Assembly: GCA_030550585.1 (NCBI GenBank)
Contig: JAUQPB010000004.1
Coordinates: 99,883 to 163,882 of the forward strand
Origin: Thermoproteota archaeon
GTDB taxonomy: Archaea; Thermoproteota; Thermoprotei_A; Sulfolobales; Ignisphaeraceae
Direction: 5' to 3'
DNA length: 64,000 nt
Part shown: positions 29,206 to 39,795 of the stretch, in pieces
Layout of the letters: every line of letters starts with the position of its first letter
How positions within the stretch are numbered: the first letter of the stretch is position 1
Program-made: the position numbers and the translations under genes
Notes under the pieces: model-generated
What the model saw: the letters and a program-made list of their open reading frames with translations, nothing else
Database searches by the model: none
What the model was told of the DNA's origin: nothing

Positions 29206-30297
29206 TTAGCATTGTATGTCTCTTGCTGTGTGTCTCAGTATAGGGTCTGGTATAAAGTATGTGTCATTTGCTTTGTCTATGAAGCCGTTGTTCATAAGGT
29301 TTTTGAGTAGCCTAGCCAGCTCAGAGTCGTAGATTTTTGTGCCAAGCTTTATCTCTAAATACCTTTTTATCTGCGACCATGTTGCCCCCTCTCTGTCTAT
29401 AGCCTTTACTATCTCCACATAGCGCTTGCTGCCCATAGCCTCAACAAACTTGCAAAACTCGTTGGCAACTATTTTAGAGGCTTCTTCAACAACCTCTTCT
29501 ATAACCGCTTTGTGGACCCCTCTACCAACAGCTTTTAGCCCTAGGTATGAGAGCCACCCTATTATCCCGTCAAGCCTCTCAACAGCCTCTACAAGAAAAG
29601 ACTCCTCAACCTTTATGCCATGCTCCTCAAAGCCTTTTCTCAGAAACTCGATAGACTTTTCTTTGTCTAGTGGCCTAACCTCTATTCTCTCCATATACCT
29701 TCCATACAGTGGGGATGAGGGGTCATCAACTCTGAGAAACCTGTAGAGCAAGCCTATTTTAGAGCCTGCAAAAACAAATGATATGTTCCTCAAATTGTCG
29801 TAGGCATAGGCTATGGCCGGCAAAACATCATATCCCTTCATCTTTATGAGCTCTTGAGCCTCGTCGACTACTATAACCAGCCTCTTTCCCCTGTCCCCAG
29901 CCCACCTATCCAAAGACTCTAGAATAGATGTTAGCAAAGGTCTCGACCTATCCAATGAGAACTCTACCCCAAACTCGAATACCCTCACACCTCTGACAGT
30001 CTTGAGATAATCAATAATCTTCCTATCTAAAGATGCAAAGCTGTTTAGACTCTTCCTAAGTTCCTCCAAGAACATCCCGTATGTTATATACCTAGACTCC
30101 TCAAACTTCCTCACATCAAGATATATCCTAGGCAAATCAAATGTAGAGGCCCTCACCAGAGATGTCTTCCCAACTCTTCTAACACCAACAACAACTGTTA
30201 TAGCATGAGACACTACACTCCTCCTCAAATCCTCAAACTCCCTCTCCCTATCAAAAAGCTCCTCAGGCCTCTCAACAGGTCTCTCAAAAAAAGGCAC
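29206..30297 (-). CDS. Archaeal (MJ-type) P-loop ATPase with C-terminal winged helix
   Basis: FDRE.E, GVRRVGKT, VVDEAQ, GS, SPLYGR, DGIIGW and DPI motifs. Confidence 0.9.
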   Translation of the reverse strand: MPFFERPVERPEELFDREREFEDLRRSVVSHAITVVVGVRRVGKTSLVRASTFDLPRIYLDVRKFEESRYITYGMFLEELRKSLNSFASLDRKIIDYLKTVRGVRVFEFGVEFSLDRSRPLLTSILESLDRWAGDRGKRLVIVVDEAQELIKMKGYDVLPAIAYAYDNLRNISFVFAGSKIGLLYRFLRVDDPSSPLYGRYMERIEVRPLDKEKSIEFLRKGFEEHGIKVEESFLVEAVERLDGIIGWLSYLGLKAVGRGVHKAVIEEVVEEASKIVANEFCKFVEAMGSKRYVEIVKAIDREGATWSQIKRYLEIKLGTKIYDSELARLLKNLMNNGFIDKANDTYFIPDPILRHTARDIQC

Positions 30298-30299
30298 GG

Positions 30300-30334
30300 C
30301 TACACACCTCTGTAGTTGCTACACACCTCTACAG
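30300..30334 (-). promoter_or_regulatory. Two 16-bp imperfect palindromic boxes over the ATPase RBS, candidate autoregulatory operator
   Basis: Minus strand CTGTAGAGGTGTGTAG-CAA-CTACAGAGGTGTGTAG, ending 2 nt before the GTG start. Confidence 0.55.
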
Positions 30335-30485
30335 CTATAAAAGCTGATACAGTCTTCAAAAACAGCACATCCGAGCACCGGTAATATGAGATAAATGAGC
30401 AAGCTTTACATATCTTAAGCCACATGCTTTAGGCCGCAACAAAAACAAAGTTTTTATACTATAGTAGCACCAACTGCAGCTACGG

Positions 30486-30909
30486 TTGTCTGATACGACT
30501 CGATATGACGAGTATAGATATCTTCTTGAAAGGTCTAGGAGATTCTATGAAACAGCTGTTATGCAGATAGACAGGGGTTTCTACGACTTAGCCGTCTTCA
30601 GTTTTGAGCAGTTCCTTCAGTTGTTTCTCAAAGCATGTCTCCTCAAAACTTGGTGTCGACTATCCAAGAACCCATAGTGTGAGAAGGCTTTTAGAGGTAA
30701 TGGCGAGGGTGACAGGGTCCAAGGAGATCGAAGACTTGTTGAAGAGATATAGCCTTGAGCTAGACTCTCTAGAAGATGCATACACAACGTCTAGATGTGT
30801 TGCAAGAGACTATACAGCTGATGAAATTGCAAGAGTTAAAGGTGTTGTTGATGAGGTCATGAACATTGCTCGAAGATTTGTTGTTGAGAAGGCTAGAAGA
30901 AGGTTTTAA
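30486..30909 (+). pseudogene. HEPN toxin, frameshifted
   Basis: EQFLQLFLK and PRTHSV motifs; extra A at 30645-30648. Confidence 0.8.
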
Positions 30910-31230
30910 ATATTCAAAAACCTGCCGAAATATCTAAAAATTATTGTTGAAACTGTAGAGAGTCTTGATAGAGATGCTAGGGTGTATCTCTTTGGTAGTG
31001 TTGCTGATGGGAGATACCTGCTATCAGGTGACATAGACATACTAGTTGTCACAAAGCTGAAGCCAGAAGAGGTTATAGCAACTTTGTGGAGCAAAGGGAT
31101 TGGAGACCCGTTTGAGATACATGTAGTTAACGAAGAGATGCTTAAGGTTTACAAGAGTAGGGCAAAGCTCATAGAGCTAACCAAAACAGTAGCAACATCC
31201 CTACGAATACTGGTTAGAGCCAAGTTTTAA
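30856..31230 (+). pseudogene. MNT antitoxin with in-frame TAA at 30907
   Basis: VYLFGSVA..DIDIL..PFEIH; N-terminal EKARRR segment cut off by the stop. Confidence 0.7.
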
Positions 31231-31560
31231 GGGGGTTGGGTCTATGGTTTTAGAAAATAGCGTTGGCTTGTAGAACGTTTGCACAATGTGGGATTGCCAG
31301 ACATTTATCTATATTACCCTACTAGCGATAGAGTTTCGATAGGCTCTAGCAATATAATGTTGAAACAGGTGTAGAGGGGTTTGGATCCTTTAAGTATGCT
31401 GGTGGTGTCGGAGGGATGAGGAGGACCAAGCTTTCTTTCGCCGATTTGGCTGTATATCTAATTGGGAGAGAGGTGACCTGGCAGACGCCGATATATAGAG
31501 GCTATTAGGAAGGTGTTGAGATGCAGAAGTAGCGTAGTTGTCTCACATGGGTGTTTGCTG

Positions 31561-31980
31561 GTGAGCGGCGAGTACTATGCTTTGTTGTGGAGACGGGCCG
31601 AGAGGTTTTTGACCAGATCGATTAGGGATTTAGAGGAGGGAGACTACGATGGTGCTTGCTTCAACGCTGAGGAGGCTGTCCAGCTTGCTGTAAAGGCCTT
31701 GCTCTACAAGTACTTTGGCGAAACGCCGCGGATACACGGCTCCAAATCTCTTTTGGCTAGACTAAGAAACTTGTTTGCCGATGGTGGGAGAAACGATGTC
31801 GCCACAGTAATCGGCAGATTTGTTGCTGATTACCGCGACGCTCTCGATGTTTTAGAGGAGAGCTATACAATGGCTCGCTATGGAGCTATATCCTATGGCG
31901 AGAGGCAGGGTAGGGAGTGCGTGGAAACAGCTAAAAAGGCTTTCGAGGTGCTGAAGGATGTCGAACGGGCGGTGGGCTAG
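31561..31980 (+). CDS. HEPN toxin
   Basis: CFNAEEAVQLAVK, PRIHG and YTMARY motifs. Confidence 0.85.
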   Translation: MSGEYYALLWRRAERFLTRSIRDLEEGDYDGACFNAEEAVQLAVKALLYKYFGETPRIHGSKSLLARLRNLFADGGRNDVATVIGRFVADYRDALDVLEESYTMARYGAISYGERQGRECVETAKKAFEVLKDVERAVG

Positions 31981-32323
31981 ATACGCCTTAGAGAGATACT
32001 CGCTTCTAAAGAGGTGGAGAGAGCTCGCTGCCATCATTGTTAGAGCCTGTAGAGAGGTGCTTAGAGAGTGCAAGGTCTACGTTGTTGGCGGAGCAGCTGA
32101 GGAGAGACTAACAGTGTTGAGCGACATTGATGTAGTCGCAGTTGTGGAGAACCCATCGATGAAAACAATCGAGACAGTTATAGCTGTGAAGAGAAGGGCA
32201 GAGGAGCTCGGGCTACCACAAGACACCCCCATAGACCTGAAGATACTAACCCCACAAGAGTTCCAAGACCTAGTCAAAAGAGGTATCTATAAAAAGGTTG
32301 TGGAGATAGAACCATTGGTGTGA
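31958..32323 (+). CDS. MNT antitoxin
   Basis: GGAAE..SDIDV..IDL; overlaps the HEPN gene. Confidence 0.85.
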   Translation: MSNGRWARYALERYSLLKRWRELAAIIVRACREVLRECKVYVVGGAAEERLTVLSDIDVVAVVENPSMKTIETVIAVKRRAEELGLPQDTPIDLKILTPQEFQDLVKRGIYKKVVEIEPLV

Positions 32324-32371
32324 GGTAATGAGGTCAAAACGATTAGTAGTCTTTAAAGATGCTGATCTATT

Positions 32372-32765
32372 CTATGTAAATGGTTTAACACCGTTTCTTA
32401 TTGCAACCTCCATTTGTTTTCTATCGCTTGTCACAAGCTCTGTCCCCATCTCCTTCGCGGCTACAATGAATAGCGCATCATATATAGTGATCTTCTCATC
32501 GACTGCTAGGCTAAAGGCTTTTGTGAGAAGCCTCCACTGGTCTATGATGGGTATGGCCTTCTCCTCGACTAAGTCTCTAACTATTGTTAGTGCGGTGTTA
32601 AGGGCGATTTCGTTTCTCATAATCTTTTTCCACAAAGCATTGACAACCTCTTTGATGCCTAGATCAAGTGTTACGACACCCTCTTTCATTACCTCGGCTA
32701 CTCTATCCCACCCCCTCCTCACGCGAGAAGAATTTTATAAGGGATGAGGAGTCAATGACTCTCAC
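32372..32765 (-). pseudogene. vapC: VapC PIN toxin with a +1 frameshift
   Basis: VIDSS..E(V)VNA..YDA..LVTSD; extra G in the run at 32711-32715. Confidence 0.8.
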
Positions 32766-32919
32766 GATCCTCCCTCACAGACCTCTCCGCAAATCCTCTC
32801 TCACTAGGGGTAACCCCTTCTAAGAGCCTAACCCACTTATCAACATATCTCCTAAGCCTCACCTTCAAAGCAAGCTCCTCCAAGAACTTCCTAACCTCCT
32901 CAGCTATATCAACAGGCAT
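32752..32919 (-). CDS. VapB-type antitoxin (possibly 5'-truncated)
   Basis: VDIAEEVRKFLEE..VREDRESH; overlaps the vapC start. Confidence 0.65.
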   Translation of the reverse strand: MPVDIAEEVRKFLEELALKVRLRRYVDKWVRLLEGVTPSERGFAERSVREDRESH

Positions 32920-33097
32920 TCATTATGTGTAGACAAAAGTCTATACGATAAGGCAAAATCAGTAGATCTAATGCAGTTCAACAAATTTTCTTGGTGCTAT
33001 AGACAAAGAATCCTTCTAGCCAAAGTTGTTTGCCGGAGTTTTCTATAGGCTCTGGCAAGGTTTGTTAGTCTGGGTTTATCGTGCTGGGTGTTTGTAT

Positions 33098-33235
33098 ATG
33101 AGTAGGGTTGTTAGGTCTAGTAAGAAGAATACTATTTGCATATCTAGAGATATTGCTGAGAGGCTTGGGATTGGCGAGGGGTTTAGAGTTGAGGTTAACG
33201 ACGTTGAGAGGATCTCAAATTTGGTGAGACGGTAA
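33098..33235 (+). pseudogene. AbrB/MazE antitoxin remnant
   Basis: VRSSKKNTICISRDIAERLGIGEG pattern, truncated. Confidence 0.6.
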
Positions 33236-33500
33236 TTGAGGAGATTGAGAGTGTTGTTGGGGGATGAGCAGAGGAGGATTGTAGATGAGAATACTTCTCG
33301 ACACACCCTTTCTGTTAGCGCGAACATTGTGCAACTACATCGATTAATGGATTTGATAAAACTTGTGGTTTGTGATCTCGTAGATCAGCAGTTTGGTGGA
33401 CAATGTTGTATTGAGGAGACATTTCCTTCCTCTGGCCATGATAATATAAGATTGCTTTTTATACCCCTGCAAAGCCTAGATCTAGTAGGGGTGGTACCAG

Positions 33501-35129
33501 GTGATAAGGTTATACAAGTCTATAGCGCTCTTAATACTAGTGTTGTTAGCTATTGTAGGGCTTGGTGTTCAGGTCTATGGTGCGGGCGCAGACCGGGTTG
33601 TGGTGAGGATTAGAGGAGGCGATGGCTATATCTATGTGAGTGGTTGGGGAAGACTATCGATAGAAACGCCACCAGAATCGGGCTCTGTTAGAGGGTCTTT
33701 CACCCTGAAAACAATTTACTATAAGCCGACAAGACTCGATATGTACCTAACCTCAAGCATAGCCATATCAGCACCGCCTACAGCCACCCCATCTCCCTAC
33801 ACGCTAGATCTTATCGTAGATCTAGCTTATAGGAGTCTATATGGAAAGGATCATACTGTTGTCAACGGCTCTATAGAGACCGGCAAAGGCTTTGCAAAGT
33901 TCTATCTAGAAGCAGATTCGGTCCATAGCGATGGGTATATCAAATTCAGTTTAAATGCATCTGCAGAGATTTCTAAGAGTCTTGTTCCACAAGATATTCA
34001 GTCTGCTCTACCGCTCCTCTCCATGATGCTTAACGAAAAATATGTAAACAGCCTCTTGCAGCAATATGGCATAACTTGGATAAGCTTCGAGAAGTTCTCG
34101 CTATCTGTAACTGATCAGGGTACAAGCTATGTTATAGTCCTCAGCGCCTCTGGTCAATACGATGTTGTTGGAGGGGCTGTTGCCATGGGCGTCGATCCGA
34201 ATGTGTATCTGAGGTGTGTGTCTATGTCCACAAATGTTAGATCTGAAGTGGGTGGTAGGCTAAAGCTGAGCCTCAAAGAGCTGTCTATGTATGCAGAACT
34301 AGGTGCACAGGGGTATCTAGAGGCATCTGATATAGAGAGCTATGCGAAGAATGTGAGTAGCTGTATGTGGGCTGTGTACACGGCATATCTGAAGCAGATA
34401 ATGTCTGTAGCCACCCAACCCATGTCCACGGCCGCTAGAACTCCACAGGCTTTGCCGGAGGTGCCAGCACCTCTCAAGGAGCTTGTTATTCTGCCTAGCA
34501 ACACAACTGTAGAGCTCTACGTGGGGTCGGGGAGCATAGACATCGAATTCAATGCCACAAACCTGAGACTGGGGCACACAACGTTTGAAGGGGCAACAGC
34601 CACAAAGAGAACTGCTACAATAGTCTACGCATTATTTGATCTAGCAAAAGACTATGGGGCTCCAATAGAAATAGATTCTGATGTAGCTGTGGACAGCCAA
34701 GAGGTGGAGCTTGTCAAAGAAGAGCTCAGAAGCTTTGCAAAAGGCTTTGTACCCACCACACAAACGCCTATTGAAGTAACAACAACGCCGCTACCTACAA
34801 CAACTATGGTTACACAGCCTTGCTTCGCAGGAACCATGACTATCATACTTAGTACTATGACAAAAACTGTTTACGGAACAACAACGATCACGACCACAGA
34901 GAGATACACAACCACTGCGACAGCCGTGGCAACCATCACCACCGCCACCACAGCAACGGTCACCGCCACCGTTACCAATACTGTTACCAATACCGTAACC
35001 ACAACCACTACAACTACAACAACGACAAAAGAGACCATCAAAGAGGTTGACTATGCAACTCTAGCAGGTGTTGCCGTAGCGGCCCTGGTTGTAGGAGTAG
35101 CAATAGGATATCATCTGAAGAAGAAGTAA
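33501..35129 (+). CDS. Secreted cell-surface protein with Thr-rich stalk and C-terminal TM anchor
   Basis: Signal peptide, poly-Thr region (about 34760-35040), TM and KKK tail. Confidence 0.8.
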   Translation: MIRLYKSIALLILVLLAIVGLGVQVYGAGADRVVVRIRGGDGYIYVSGWGRLSIETPPESGSVRGSFTLKTIYYKPTRLDMYLTSSIAISAPPTATPSPYTLDLIVDLAYRSLYGKDHTVVNGSIETGKGFAKFYLEADSVHSDGYIKFSLNASAEISKSLVPQDIQSALPLLSMMLNEKYVNSLLQQYGITWISFEKFSLSVTDQGTSYVIVLSASGQYDVVGGAVAMGVDPNVYLRCVSMSTNVRSEVGGRLKLSLKELSMYAELGAQGYLEASDIESYAKNVSSCMWAVYTAYLKQIMSVATQPMSTAARTPQALPEVPAPLKELVILPSNTTVELYVGSGSIDIEFNATNLRLGHTTFEGATATKRTATIVYALFDLAKDYGAPIEIDSDVAVDSQEVELVKEELRSFAKGFVPTTQTPIEVTTTPLPTTTMVTQPCFAGTMTIILSTMTKTVYGTTTITTTERYTTTATAVATITTATTATVTATVTNTVTNTVTTTTTTTTTTKETIKEVDYATLAGVAVAALVVGVAIGYHLKKK

Positions 35130-35195
35130 GGCTACAAAACCTCAATATTTTTTCCAATAAGTAGCCTATTGTTGTTGCCTACACGAACACAAATC

Positions 35196-36956
35196 TTATG
35201 TCTCCTGGTTACCGGCTTTTCTGCAAAGTTTTCTCATGGTGTATATTGCTATGAGTGCAGATGTTGCGAATCCGATTATCCTAGATGGTGTGAGAAACAC
35301 TTCTCCTGTGCTATAGATGTTCATAGTCTCATCAATGCTTTCGTTAACTAGCTCGAATATCATGCTATAGCTCAGGAATTTGTTTATCGCTTCCACAGGT
35401 TTGATAATGCCCAGATCAACCAGCTTTTTTATTACGTTGTTGGAGCTACTATTGTACCACTCTGTATCGATCCACAGATATCTTACCCCAAGCTTCTTCG
35501 CTAGGCTGAGAACCTCCTCATAGTTGGAGCTGTACTTGACATAGTCATCAAATATGAATATCTCTCTATGGAGACAGCCCTCCATAAAGCAGCTCAGCAC
35601 TTGTTTTACCTGTGGGCTAAACACATTTATCCATGTGTTTCCCCTAAGCCTAGGCCCATACATTGCGTAGACAGCTTCACCAGGCTTAATGCTTCTAGAC
35701 AGGTATGCCGAGGCTTTGTACTCATCGCTATAAACATAGCTGTAGTCTATTGCAAGACCATTGCGGTAGCTGGGCAAATATGTGACAAGGTAGAGAACTG
35801 TTGTGATTATTAGAACAGCTGTGAGAATGTGTTTCAGCACCCTTCTCTCTAGCAGTGTTGCAGCCGAGGAGTAGGAGAGGATCATGAACAGACCTAATGT
35901 TGGTACAAGTCTGGGTCCCTGACCATAAACAATTATGAGCATTAGTAGCGCTAGCATGTATATGAGGGGTAGTCTAAACCTCTTTTTCCACAGTATCGCA
36001 ATAGAGACAACTCCTAGAAGGATATATGGTAGCTGAACGGTTAGAGCCCATGTTGGGGGTGTGAGGAGTGTTGCCCCCAAGCCTATTAACTGTATCTTTG
36101 TTTGTATGGGCGTTTCAATTCTGAGGTAGTGGCCTAGGCCAAATGGTGCTAAGGCTGGGACTATCCACCAAGCCGATATGGCTAAAGCTATTGCCATACT
36201 AGTTTTGATTTGACTTGCAAGATGCTTGAATGCCTCTACCTCTATGCCCTGGATATAGTGTTTCCACAGCCAATAAACCACTGTTGCAAGGGCCAGCACA
36301 ACAAACTCTATCAAGGCTATTAGATGGGTTAGTGCTAACACACCCACAAGAACCCCAGATTTGATTGCTTCAACCCTGTCTCCAAGCCTCATGAGTCTGT
36401 ATAGACTTGCCAAAGCGAAGAACGCTATAGACTCGCCCAAGATCCTTGGATACTCCCAGTAATCAGCTATAACACCGATGTAACCAGCTATGGTGAAAGA
36501 TGCTAGAGAGACTAGAAATGCTGCAAGCCTAGACTTGGTCACCTCCTTAGCAAAGCTATAAACTCCAAGGGCGAACATCACCAGAGAGATGTAGAACGCT
36601 ATATATGCTCCCTGCTCGAAGCCTCCGAACACCTTGCCCAAGAGGTATATTGCTGAAAGCGCTATCGGTGGGTAGAACCTCAGCAAATCAAAGCCATTGC
36701 ACCAGTTGGGTGTGTACCACCCATAGGCATCGACTTCCTTGGCCCAAGAAATGTAGTATGCTATGTTGGTGTTAACAAAACTTCCGTGGGCATAGCTTGG
36801 AAGACCTGATGAGCTTAGTAACGGCCATGAAAGAGCTGTGACAATTGCCACCAAAACTATTTTAGGTGCTAGATCCATAATCACATTGATTGTTTTTTGT
36901 CTGACCACCCCCATTTTAGTATCTGCCATATCTGAACACCCTATAGACCCAGTCAA
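35196..36956 (-). CDS. GT-C-like polytopic membrane protein (PTPS-related/YfhO-like)
   Basis: WYTPNWCNG..FYPP, GEYP-like WEYP, LALTH and WWIVP motifs; many TMs. Confidence 0.7.
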   Translation of the reverse strand: MTGSIGCSDMADTKMGVVRQKTINVIMDLAPKIVLVAIVTALSWPLLSSSGLPSYAHGSFVNTNIAYYISWAKEVDAYGWYTPNWCNGFDLLRFYPPIALSAIYLLGKVFGGFEQGAYIAFYISLVMFALGVYSFAKEVTKSRLAAFLVSLASFTIAGYIGVIADYWEYPRILGESIAFFALASLYRLMRLGDRVEAIKSGVLVGVLALTHLIALIEFVVLALATVVYWLWKHYIQGIEVEAFKHLASQIKTSMAIALAISAWWIVPALAPFGLGHYLRIETPIQTKIQLIGLGATLLTPPTWALTVQLPYILLGVVSIAILWKKRFRLPLIYMLALLMLIIVYGQGPRLVPTLGLFMILSYSSAATLLERRVLKHILTAVLIITTVLYLVTYLPSYRNGLAIDYSYVYSDEYKASAYLSRSIKPGEAVYAMYGPRLRGNTWINVFSPQVKQVLSCFMEGCLHREIFIFDDYVKYSSNYEEVLSLAKKLGVRYLWIDTEWYNSSSNNVIKKLVDLGIIKPVEAINKFLSYSMIFELVNESIDETMNIYSTGEVFLTPSRIIGFATSALIAIYTMRKLCRKAGNQET

Positions 36957-37473
36957 CCCATATAACAGTCACGAGAATTATCATTAGCCCCCCACCAACA
37001 ACATCATGGAAGAACCTGAATGCTAGGAAACCATATAGCACCCCCAGAACACCAGAGGTCATTATCCTGACGATATTTGCTAGAAAAAGCACTGAGCACC
37101 CCATAGCCAAGCCCCTCAGCTTGTTTTTTAGCGACACTGTCGGAACAATCAATACAAATAGTGCATATGCTATAATCGAGTATATCCCTATACACTCCTC
37201 AGTCAAGATTATTGTCACAACCTTTTTTCCAGGAAGCCAGATAATCATGACGTTTTGCGATGGCTCTAAAACCATTATTTTTAGGAGCTGGTATATGCGC
37301 ACCATAACCATCTTTTCCACAATTATTATCCAGTTGGCCAGCACGGCCAAGAATATGTACATGACTATGCTCGCTATGATGAGTCCAGCTAAGGTTCTTC
37401 TGAAGAAGAGCATCTTCTCAGTCTTTGTATAGCCTCTCATATCTACCCCTCTTACTCGTAACCCTCCACTCAA
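36916..37473 (-). CDS. Archaeosortase/exosortase family protein
   Basis: Cys-Arg-His triad pattern EECIG, NIVR, FHD; short polytopic protein. Confidence 0.85.
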   Translation of the reverse strand: MSGGLRVRGVDMRGYTKTEKMLFFRRTLAGLIIASIVMYIFLAVLANWIIIVEKMVMVRIYQLLKIMVLEPSQNVMIIWLPGKKVVTIILTEECIGIYSIIAYALFVLIVPTVSLKNKLRGLAMGCSVLFLANIVRIMTSGVLGVLYGFLAFRFFHDVVGGGLMIILVTVIWVDWVYRVFRYGRY

Positions 37474-38734
37474 GGTTCTTCGAAGCCAACGCCTTTAGGG
37501 TGCCATATGCATGTATAATCGATGTGTAGTATATGAATAGAAGTGCATTGCCTGCCACTACAAAGGCGTTGCCCACTCCATAACCCTCAATAACACAGCC
37601 GGCGATAACCAGCGATTCTATTCCTATGAGCCATACATAGACCCCCATAGGCCATACAAGACCTAGGCCAACGCCAAATAATGTGCTGAGTATTGGTGGA
37701 ATAAATGTGGCTATGTACACGAATATGCCTTGTGTGTAGAAAAGCCCGTGGAGTATATAGCCAAGCTTGTGTGATAGATCTATATCTCTGTCGAGCACCA
37801 CGTCGAGGAAGGTGGATAGAAATTCTCTCAGTGTGCCAAACGACCATCTGATTTGCTGTCTTATAAAGGCTTTCTGCGACTTGGGTACACTTCCATTTGC
37901 ATATAGATTGTGTGTGGCAAAGTAGTTCAGCTTTTTCCTAGTTTTTAAAAGATCTATAGTCCATCTAAGATCTTCAGCTAGGCTCCCCTCTCTAAAGAGA
38001 ACATCTTTGAATAGCTCATATCTAATGAGTGCACAGGAGCCTGTGAATATAGGGAACATTTCATCGACTTCTCTTCCAGCCATGAATATTATTGCACCTG
38101 CTTGAGCAGCTCTGTAGAGTATGCCAAACAGTGTTTCCGAGCCTTTGGAGTGTCTCTGATGCCCTTGCACAACATCTGCTCCAGTCTCGATGGCAATATC
38201 AACATACTTTTTGAGCATGTCTCTTGGGAGCTCAAAATCAGCGTCTAGAATCATTACATACTCTGGACTGTGTTTCTCTAGGGCTTGCAGAGCTGTGTTG
38301 AGTGCCCCAGCCTTGAGCCCCCTCCTCTCATATCTTTTGATGTGTATCAGCCTCCCACCCGACCTTAGCGCTAGCTTCGATATCTCTGCCGAGATTGTTG
38401 GGTCTGTAGAGTCGTCTACAACCACTATTATGTAGTTGGGGTAGTCTAGCTCGAGATTCTTTTGCAGTGTGTGGATAGCTTCATAGTCGTTGTAGACAGG
38501 TACCACTATAGCGACACGAGGATAATACTCTTTCCTGTGTGTGCCATTCCCCGTGTTGTTTGGGTTGTTGCGAAGCTTGAAGGAGAAAAAGCTTAGAATG
38601 CTTGAGTAGTACCATATTGCATAGACTGTTAGAACAGCTATGCTGATATAGTATAGGGCGATGCCCACATCTCGAAAAAGATTCGCGAGAAAGGTTTCCC
38701 ATGCCTTGAGCTCCAACTCATAGATGCTCGCCAT
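37418..38734 (-). CDS. Processive GT2 glycosyltransferase (cellulose-synthase-like)
   Basis: DDS, KAGALN, LDAD, AED and QQIRW (D,D,D,QxxRW) motifs. Confidence 0.9.
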   Translation of the reverse strand: MASIYELELKAWETFLANLFRDVGIALYYISIAVLTVYAIWYYSSILSFFSFKLRNNPNNTGNGTHRKEYYPRVAIVVPVYNDYEAIHTLQKNLELDYPNYIIVVVDDSTDPTISAEISKLALRSGGRLIHIKRYERRGLKAGALNTALQALEKHSPEYVMILDADFELPRDMLKKYVDIAIETGADVVQGHQRHSKGSETLFGILYRAAQAGAIIFMAGREVDEMFPIFTGSCALIRYELFKDVLFREGSLAEDLRWTIDLLKTRKKLNYFATHNLYANGSVPKSQKAFIRQQIRWSFGTLREFLSTFLDVVLDRDIDLSHKLGYILHGLFYTQGIFVYIATFIPPILSTLFGVGLGLVWPMGVYVWLIGIESLVIAGCVIEGYGVGNAFVVAGNALLFIYYTSIIHAYGTLKALASKNLEWRVTSKRGRYERLYKD

Positions 38735-38736
38735 GG

Positions 38737-39795
38737 CTATATCCCTTGACAGTTGATGCCGAGAATCTCCCCAGCTTTTCTAACCCCTTCACTATCTGGA
38801 ATAAAAACAACTGTTTTTCTAGGTCTTTTAGATCTGCACACCTTGACCAACCCATGTTGCTCTAAAACATATAGATGCCACGATAAAACAGCTTTAGATA
38901 TTTTCAAAGACTCCATAAGCTCGTTGAATGTTGCTGCCTTAATCTCTAAGAGTTTTTCGAATATCGCTTTTCTCACAGGATGGCTGAGCACCTCTTCGTA
39001 GCTGATGCGACTCCAGAGAGGGGCTATGACTGGTCTAGCCTTTTCACTTGGCTTCGCAGACTCTCTGAAGCTTCTAGCATTTCCTGCAAGTGTTGCTGTA
39101 AAGGCTATTGCAATAGCTGTCAACACCTTTGTGTGGTCCATACTGCCTGCTCTGTGCTTGGTATTGGCTAGGATCTCCAGCGACTTGGCTAGGAGGTCTA
39201 GATAGAAAGGGTTTTTCGTATCTGCATATACCCACACAGTGTTTAGCTTTATGCAGACCACAAACCCTTCCCCAATCTCTAATAAGCTTAGGAGCTTGTC
39301 TTGGTATAAAATCAGCGGGGACTCGATATAAGCAAACTTGTATTTAGACACGTTATAGTCGTATAAGCCACTCACATCCCCTCCTTCCACAAAGCTGGTC
39401 TCTACAATACTGCGCCACTTCGTAGATAGACTAAGAAGCGAGACACCGTTTAGTGTTGCCACAACCCTGCCACCGCTAGCAGCATAGTCTAGAATCTTAT
39501 TCGCTATATCCCCAACCTTCTCCGGGCCAAGCCAGTTAGGATCTACAAGTACAACAACATCGTATAGATCCAAATCCACGTCAGCTACATCATCTAGAGA
39601 AACAACGTCCCCCAAATAGTTGCCGTACATCTTTAAGAAGCTATTGAGATACATCTCATCATATTCGTCAGTAACAACATAGAGTATCCTTAGATTGTTA
39701 TGTACAGCCCCAGAGGAAGAAACCGATAAGAGAAGAGTTGCGATGAGCAGACATGCTAATGCAAAAAAGCCACGCCTATCTAGCAGTCCTGCCAA
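38737..39795 (-). CDS. Signal peptide + extracellular domain + TM + ArsR-like winged helix
   Basis: C-terminal HPVRKAI..FNEL..SKAVLSWHLYVLEQHGLV. Confidence 0.7.
   Translation of the reverse strand: MAGLLDRRGFFALACLLIATLLLSVSSSGAVHNNLRILYVVTDEYDEMYLNSFLKMYGNYLGDVVSLDDVADVDLDLYDVVVLVDPNWLGPEKVGDIANKILDYAASGGRVVATLNGVSLLSLSTKWRSIVETSFVEGGDVSGLYDYNVSKYKFAYIESPLILYQDKLLSLLEIGEGFVVCIKLNTVWVYADTKNPFYLDLLAKSLEILANTKHRAGSMDHTKVLTAIAIAFTATLAGNARSFRESAKPSEKARPVIAPLWSRISYEEVLSHPVRKAIFEKLLEIKAATFNELMESLKISKAVLSWHLYVLEQHGLVKVCRSKRPRKTVVFIPDSEGVRKAGEILGINCQGI

Noticed and set aside
34760-35040. ACN-rich low-complexity repeats
   Set aside because: Explained by the Thr-rich stalk of the surface protein.
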